Assembly (NCBI GenBank): GCA_041917695.1
Contig: JAYRXE010000037.1
Location: 536,173 to 600,172 of the forward strand
DNA: 64,000 nucleotides
Source of the DNA: Minisyncoccota bacterium
GTDB taxonomy: Bacteria > Patescibacteriota > Minisyncoccia > UBA6257 > GWB1-50-10
Reading direction: 5' to 3'
Each line of letters begins with the position of its first letter. Positions within the stretch are counted from its first letter, which is position 1. The notes below the pieces were generated by a model. The model was given only the letters and a program-made list of their open reading frames with translations, did not search any database and was not told where the DNA came from. Position numbers and translations under genes: made by a program. Below, piece by piece: positions 58,133 to 64,000 of this stretch.

Positions 58133-58537
58133 CTATGCGTTTTTTGTTACCCCTTTCTCGAGACGTTCAATGACCGCATCAACGTGCCGGTTAGGGATCT
58201 CGTAATTCTTTCCACTGCCCGCAAGGAAGCTGTCCTTCCTGAGCTTCTGAATGAGCGGATCGACGGTGCCTTTCGGCAATTCAGTCTTCTCATGCACTTC
58301 CTTACCGGAAGTACCTGCGTCTTCGATAACCCCCTCGGCCTTAAGGAGCTTTTTCACGAGGCAGTAAGCGAGAACTTTTTCCTCATTTTTGAGCGCCTTA
58401 CCCCCTTTAGTGTAGAACACACTGTCTCCCCCGCGCTGAATACTAAGTATCGGCTTGAGCGCATTTACGGCCCGCGTCGTATCGAATGCGCCGCCGTCCG
58501 TGTAAAGCTCCTCGAGCAATGATTTTTTGTCTGTCAT
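58133..58537 (-). CDS. hypothetical protein (cassette gene 1)
   Basis: 2-nt gap to the next gene; no recognised domain. Confidence 0.4.
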   Translation of the reverse strand: MTDKKSLLEELYTDGGAFDTTRAVNALKPILSIQRGGDSVFYTKGGKALKNEEKVLAYCLVKKLLKAEGVIEDAGTSGKEVHEKTELPKGTVDPLIQKLRKDSFLAGSGKNYEIPNRHVDAVIERLEKGVTKNA

Positions 58538-58934
58538 AACGTTACGTATTAGTAGATAAACGACTTTACTCCAAGTATAGAAAAGTGGAATTATATGTCA
58601 AGCGGGTTCGAGTCTTTCACTTATTCATAATTGATAATCCAGCAAATTTATATAGAAACAGAGCATATTGCCTTTTATTATGACAAGCGGAAATATACAT
58701 TTTTACAGTGTTATCCAAAATGTCCTTTATCTAAGCTATATTTTCTCCTTTTTTTACAAGTCAAAATGGAGTTTGAAAATATTCATAAAATTTCCACTGC
58801 ATATAGAGGCCCTATACTAGGTTTTGATAAATGAGTCCTAATTAAGCACCGACGTGAAAGACGTGCATTCTTCGAACATATATCGTCGGCTCGACCAAAG
58901 GAAGACCCAAGACTGAGCCTCGGGCCTTCCGATA

Positions 58935-59129
58935 AGAAAAATTCGTGCGGAGGCGGAAGGCAAGACGAGATTCGAACGCGCTCACTGCCGTTCGCTTTTG
59001 AAAACCCTCGGTTTTCAATACTTTCCTACACAGGGAACCGGGCGCGGTTCCCTGACACCTTCCACTGTTCGAATCCTCTGAACTGACACGGAATACAAAT
59101 ACCGGCATAAAGCCGGTATTTTTATTCAG
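58935..59129 (-). repeat. tRNA-Ser-associated hairpin element ending in a copy of the tRNA-Ser 3' end
   Basis: Direct repeat gcggaggcggaagg at 58937-58950 and 59129-59142, plus attcgaac in both; perfect hairpins 59021-59044 (10 bp) and 58988-59008 (8 bp); conserved spacers GGAAAGUA and AAGCGAA shared with the Glu-associated element; terminator hairpin 59101-59120. Confidence 0.5.
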
Positions 59130-59216
59130 CGGAGGCGGAAGGATTCGAACCTTCGGTCCGGTTCCCCGGACAACTTCTTAGCAGGAAGTTGCTTTCGACC
59201 GCTCAGCCACGCCTCC
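59130..59216 (-). tRNA. tRNA-Ser (GCT), long variable arm
   Basis: Acceptor GGAGGCG/CGCCUCC, anticodon loop CUGCUAA, variable arm UGUCCGGGGAACCGGACC, T-loop UUCGAAU. Confidence 0.8.
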
Positions 59217-59348
59217 GTTATCTTTAAACGTGGAAGAAAACGTTTCCTAACACGCACGAATAATCTTCGCTAATTTTCACTTCAAAATCAAATTTCCTTG
59301 AATTCATGCGGTTTTACTGGTATTGTAGGAAGGCTCTATTTAACTCTC

Positions 59349-60770
<1,422 letters not shown>

Positions 60771-60773
60771 AAC

Positions 60774-61118
60774 ATGCGTCCCCATAGAAATCTGAAAGTC
60801 GGGAGCGTCATCGAACACGAGCTTTCCATCCTCCTTGCGCGAGAATTCGAGCTTCCCGGGGTGCTTATTACTGTCACTTCCGTAGATGTGGCGACGGATT
60901 TGCTCCATGCCAAGGTGCGCGTCGCCATCATCCCCTACGACAAGGAGATCGAGGCGTACGAGGAGCTCCAAAAGAAACGGGCGCGCATTGAGCATGCCAT
61001 CTACAAAAAAATAAATATCCGCCCGTTCCCGAAATTCGAATTCCTTATTGATTCCCCCGCGGAAAAAGTGAAAATAAAGACCAGGGGGAAAAAGAAAGGT
61101 GAAGTAGTGAAATGGTAA
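60774..61118 (+). CDS. rbfA: ribosome-binding factor A
   Basis: ~114 aa KH-like protein immediately after infB (conserved synteny); KVGSVIEHELSILL pattern. Confidence 0.7.
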   Translation: MRPHRNLKVGSVIEHELSILLAREFELPGVLITVTSVDVATDLLHAKVRVAIIPYDKEIEAYEELQKKRARIEHAIYKKINIRPFPKFEFLIDSPAEKVKIKTRGKKKGEVVKW

Positions 61119-61199
61119 GCCAAGTGGCGCCTGCCTGCGCAGGCAGGAAGTGGTAACGCAGCAGTCTGTCTCTCGGCGGGAAATTTAAGAAATAAATAT
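61119..61199 (+). pseudogene. tRNA-Cys 5'-half pseudo-copy with a palindromic 18-nt insertion
   Basis: GCCAAGUGGCG[CCUGCCUGCGCAGGCAGG]AAGUGGUAACGCAGCAGUCUG... parallels tRNA-Cys GGCCAGGUGGCGAAGUGGUAACGCAGCGGUCUG; no intact anticodon or T arm. Confidence 0.45.
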
Positions 61200-61271
61200 G
61201 GCCAGGTGGCGAAGTGGTAACGCAGCGGTCTGCAAAACCGCCATGCGCGGGTTCAATTCCCGCCCTGGCCT
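61200..61271 (+). tRNA. tRNA-Cys (GCA)
   Basis: Acceptor GGCCAGG/CCUGGCC, anticodon loop CUGCAAA, T-arm GCGGG-UUCAAUU-CCCGC, discriminator U. Confidence 0.8.
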
Positions 61272-61339
61272 CAAGAAAAAATCATCGAGAAACTTCTCGG
61301 TGATTTTTTATAGTTCCTGCAAGCGATAAAAAAACCGCT

Positions 61340-61570
61340 CTAAAGCGGCTTAAAATTCTCATTTGCATCTTCGTCTTCAGACACGTCTTCCATAAGCTCC
61401 CATTGAGTCCAATACTGACTATCTACGGGATATTTCCACGAGCGAATCAGCAAAATGTGGTACTGTCTCATTTCCCTATTGCGTTCTGCATCAACCCATT
61501 TTTTTCTCGGAATACTAATGACCGTTCCTTCCTGGAAAATGGCTTTACGCCCGGAAAACGGCCTTCCCAA
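61340..61570 (-). CDS. small hypothetical protein (76 aa)
   Basis: ORF only; acidic C-terminus. Confidence 0.3.
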   Translation of the reverse strand: MGRPFSGRKAIFQEGTVISIPRKKWVDAERNREMRQYHILLIRSWKYPVDSQYWTQWELMEDVSEDEDANENFKPL

Positions 61571-61664
61571 AAAAACATCCGGAACGTCCGGCGAGGTAAT
61601 TCTGTTGAAGACGACCTCTCTTTCTATCAGGGTAAATTTCTATCCTTATCCTACTCCTCCCGTC

Positions 61665-62330
61665 CTATATCTTCAAAACCGAAAGGCCCGTCGCGTAGAG
61701 CGCATACCCGCCGAAAAGGAAGACGAGGGCCACCGCCAGCAAAAAGGGCGCTCCAAGCGTCGTATACGGCTCTCGGAAAGCGACTAGGCGGAAAAGCGAC
61801 ACGAGGATTACCGATATAAAAGCGGCTGCGATAAAAATCACAAAGCCGGGCCACCCGACCAAAAGAACGGCAAGCGCGCCGAGCTCGATTTCCCCTATCT
61901 CGAAAAATCGCGCCTTCCATTTTTGGAGCGCCTTGAGGAAGAGATAGAAAATAAAGGCGCAAAGGAAAACGATGAACACGTTCAGCCAGAACCGGCCGTA
62001 TGAATAGAAGAGGAAGTATCCGAGCTTCCCGAAAAAGAACGGGAAACCCTTCAAGCTTTCGGCGATGGGGCTCGTCGCCGAGATTCCCTGCTCGAGGAAA
62101 ATGCGCGTCGCAGGGTCTTTCGCCCACACGTAATACTGCGCAAGCGTAAGCCCCGCCACATTGAGCAGGCGGAAACCCGCAGTCGCAAAGAGCGTGCGCT
62201 TTATTTTCTTCCGGAAAGCCTCCCCGCTTTCCTTTGCGCGGAAGAAAAGGTACGCGACGTATAGAAAAGCTCCGCCGAAGAAAACAGGCGGAGCAATAGA
62301 AAAGATTTTCTGCAGGACCTCGACCGGCAT
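61665..62330 (-). CDS. polytopic membrane protein translationally coupled to the upstream pilin gene
   Basis: ~7 TM helices; 4-nt gap to the pilin stop; lacks prepilin-peptidase motifs. Confidence 0.45.
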   Translation of the reverse strand: MPVEVLQKIFSIAPPVFFGGAFLYVAYLFFRAKESGEAFRKKIKRTLFATAGFRLLNVAGLTLAQYYVWAKDPATRIFLEQGISATSPIAESLKGFPFFFGKLGYFLFYSYGRFWLNVFIVFLCAFIFYLFLKALQKWKARFFEIGEIELGALAVLLVGWPGFVIFIAAAFISVILVSLFRLVAFREPYTTLGAPFLLAVALVFLFGGYALYATGLSVLKI

Positions 62331-62334
62331 TGGA

Positions 62335-63021
62335 TTAGAAATCCGTACCGACGCCGAGAATGGAAAGATTCGTGCCCACTTCGTAATAACTCGAATTGTT
62401 GCCGCCGTCGCGCGTCATCTTATTGTCTTCAGAAGTGAAGGCGAGCGATTCAAGGACGGCATCGATCTCGAAAGTAAGATCCGATTCGCTGCAGGCATAG
62501 CGGTATACCTTATCGCCGCTGCCGATGCCAGAACCCGACGAAACCGAGTTCACGGGATCAACCGGCAAGTTTGAGATCGGAGACCCTCCGGAAAGCGTTG
62601 CGAGCGAAACCGGAATCCAGCCGCTGCCGTCGGTCAGGGCGTTCGTCGCCGAAGAAGTCGCCTGTGCCGGTGCCGGGATGCTCGTGCTCCCCCCGTCGAG
62701 CGTCGTGTCGTTCAGCGTTATCGTATCGTCGTTTACGCTGTAAAAAATCTTGTCTCCGGAAGCCCAGGAAGAGGTCGCCGAGGTCTTACAGCCGTCGTTT
62801 GTGGCAACACCCGCAAGATAGGGGGTCGTTTTCGTCGTCACAAAGATAGCGAGGGCGTTTTTCATGGTCGCCAGGTCGGCGAAGCGCTGTGCATCGCGGG
62901 TTTTCCTCAGGGTTTCAGCAGGGTTAAGGACAAAAAGAACCGCGAGCGCCAAAATAGAGATGACGACCACGACGATAAGCAATTCAAGCAGGGTAAATCC
63001 CTGTTCACTGGTTCTCTTCAT
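62335..63021 (-). CDS. type IV pilin-like protein (second pilin locus)
   Basis: QGFTLLELLIVVVVISILALAV class III signal; Ser/Thr-rich C-terminal region. Confidence 0.75.
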   Translation of the reverse strand: MKRTSEQGFTLLELLIVVVVISILALAVLFVLNPAETLRKTRDAQRFADLATMKNALAIFVTTKTTPYLAGVATNDGCKTSATSSWASGDKIFYSVNDDTITLNDTTLDGGSTSIPAPAQATSSATNALTDGSGWIPVSLATLSGGSPISNLPVDPVNSVSSGSGIGSGDKVYRYACSESDLTFEIDAVLESLAFTSEDNKMTRDGGNNSSYYEVGTNLSILGVGTDF

Positions 63022-63130
63022 CGAAAAAATCGCAGGGAGCGAATATGGGCTTAGTATAGCAAAACGCCATGGAAAACGCGAACTTGTAAACGCGCGGCGC
63101 GCGCCCTATGCTGAAATCCGTAACAACACG

Positions 63131-63215
63131 GCCCAGGTGGCGAAATGGTAAACGCGAGAGACTTAAAATCTCTTGCCGGTTAAACGGCTTGTCGGTTCGA
63201 GTCCGACTCTGGGCA
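63131..63215 (+). tRNA. tRNA-Leu (TAA), long variable arm
   Basis: Anticodon stem AGAGA/UCUCU with loop CUUAAAA, variable arm UGCCGGUUAAACGGCUU, T-arm GUCGG-UUCGAGU-CCGAC. Confidence 0.75.
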
Positions 63216-63294
63216 CACAAAAACAAAAATTAGGGTTGGTGAAATAAAAAAGCCGCTCACTTCTGAGACGGCTAAAATTTTTGAGAGAACAGTA

Positions 63295-63645
63295 TCATGT
63301 GGCAATCACAAAAATTGAGTTTCCGAATATTTCTTTCTTTTTAATACGCAGCTTCCCGAGCGTTTTGTTGTTACCGCCGGAAAATGTGAAAATTGAGTCT
63401 AAGAGAGCATATACTTTATCTAATTTCCTTTGATTTCTTTTTGATTCAAGACCCTCAAAGCGGGCATCCATCCATCTTTTCTTTTTATTCTGGATTACGA
63501 ATTCGGCGTTAAAAGTCACCCTCTTCGACTCAAGATTTAGGTATCCTTCTCGTTTAATCCCGAGAAGTTTTTCTTTTGGGATATCAAGTATTTCCAGAAG
63601 ACTCAGTAATGCTATTTCTGCTTTCAAGAAAGTTTTTTTGTCCAT
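63295..63645 (-). CDS. hypothetical protein in AT-rich islet next to tRNA-Leu
   Basis: 116-aa Lys-rich ORF; composition differs from flanks. Confidence 0.35.
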   Translation of the reverse strand: MDKKTFLKAEIALLSLLEILDIPKEKLLGIKREGYLNLESKRVTFNAEFVIQNKKKRWMDARFEGLESKRNQRKLDKVYALLDSIFTFSGGNNKTLGKLRIKKKEIFGNSIFVIAT

Positions 63646-63781
63646 AAAGTAATTTTTTAATTTTTAAACTGTTTTGATTTTAAACTAAAAATAGAATACC
63701 ATATCCATATGATATTTGTCAATCTATTCACAATTTACACACGAAAGCGCACCTGAATCTCTCAAGTGGCTTGTTGTCGCT

Positions 63782-64000
63782 TTATTGCTTCTTATCCGAA
63801 ACGATAATGCCGTCTTTCAACGTCACCACCCGCTTCGCATGGCGGGCATATTCGTTTTCGTGGGTCACCATGACGATGGTCTGCCCTTCCCTATGGAGAT
63901 CGAGAAATGCCTGCATCACCACATCACCGTTTGCCGAATCGAGGTTCGCGGTCGGTTCGTCGGCAAAAAGGATTTGCGGATTGTGGGCAATAGCCCGCGC
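63782..64000 (-). CDS. ABC transporter ATP-binding protein, C-terminal part (5' end beyond window)
   Basis: Reverse translation ...ARAIAHNPQILFADEPTANLDSANGDVVMQAFLDLHREGQTIVMVTHENEYARHAKRVVTLKDGIIVSDKKQ* (Walker B, D-loop and H-loop). Confidence 0.8.
   Translation of the reverse strand, partial: ARAIAHNPQILFADEPTANLDSANGDVVMQAFLDLHREGQTIVMVTHENEYARHAKRVVTLKDGIIVSDKKQ

Noticed and set aside
58935-59090. tRNA-Sec (selC) candidate
   Set aside because: An 8-bp acceptor-like pairing (GGAAGGUG/UGCCUUCC) and G discriminator are present, but the internal hairpins are 10 and 8 bp with 4-5 nt loops, with no 7-nt anticodon loop or UCA, and there are no selA/selB genes nearby.
61665-62330. Second prepilin peptidase downstream of the second pilin gene
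   Set aside because: Polytopic membrane protein, but it lacks the GSFLNV, Cys-tetrad and GDVK catalytic motifs present in the bona fide pilD at 20983..21882.

Overview
Dense, mostly high-GC (~55-60%) bacterial chromosomal segment interrupted by several AT-rich islets. By inference, the gene content suggests a small-genome organism of the CPR/Patescibacteria kind, or at least a secretin-less one; this is not proven from the window. Supporting points: a short IF-2, a PheRS with a C-terminal anticodon-binding (FDX-ACB) extension, two NUDIX hydrolases, peptidoglycan-remodelling enzymes, and tRNAs that mostly lack an encoded CCA. Housekeeping genes present: a partial iscS-like desulfurase, bcp, ldcA-like, PduO-type adenosyltransferase, arfB, pheS, gatCA, ligA, clpP, tyrS, infB-rbfA, a FabH-like synthase, a GH18 hydrolase and a MerR regulator. 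There are 13 tRNA genes: His, Arg(TCT), Phe, initiator Met, Asp, Met/Ile2(CAT), Gly, Arg(GCG), Glu, Ser, Cys and Leu. The largest system is a ~10 kb minus-strand type IV pilus/competence operon (pilM-N-O, small membrane protein, pilB-pilT-pilC, major pilin, pilD, three minor pilins and a pilin-cluster protein). It has no secretin, ligA abuts its end, and comFC sits divergently upstream. Large signal-peptide proteins lie beside it. Points worth a second look: (1) two tRNA genes (Glu, Ser) are each followed by a ~130-160 nt element with the same architecture (terminator hairpin, two perfect 8-10 bp hairpins, conserved spacers) ending in a duplicate of that tRNA's 3' end, and tRNA-Cys is preceded by a 5'-half pseudo-copy carrying a palindromic insertion; (2) an AT-rich three-gene overlapping cassette whose largest product carries a C-terminal Rx4H (HEPN-like) motif, next to a tRNA cluster, a candidate uncharacterised defence/toxin module; (3) two proteins with near-consensus T9SS (Por) C-terminal sorting domains in AT-rich islands of a genome that otherwise looks secretin-less; (4) a flavin-based, extracellular-electron-transfer-like trio (FMN-binding protein, ApbE, membrane FAD/NAD reductase); (5) duplicated sigma70-like promoters in front of two small orphan genes. 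No rRNA, CRISPR array or recognisable transposase or integrase gene was seen.
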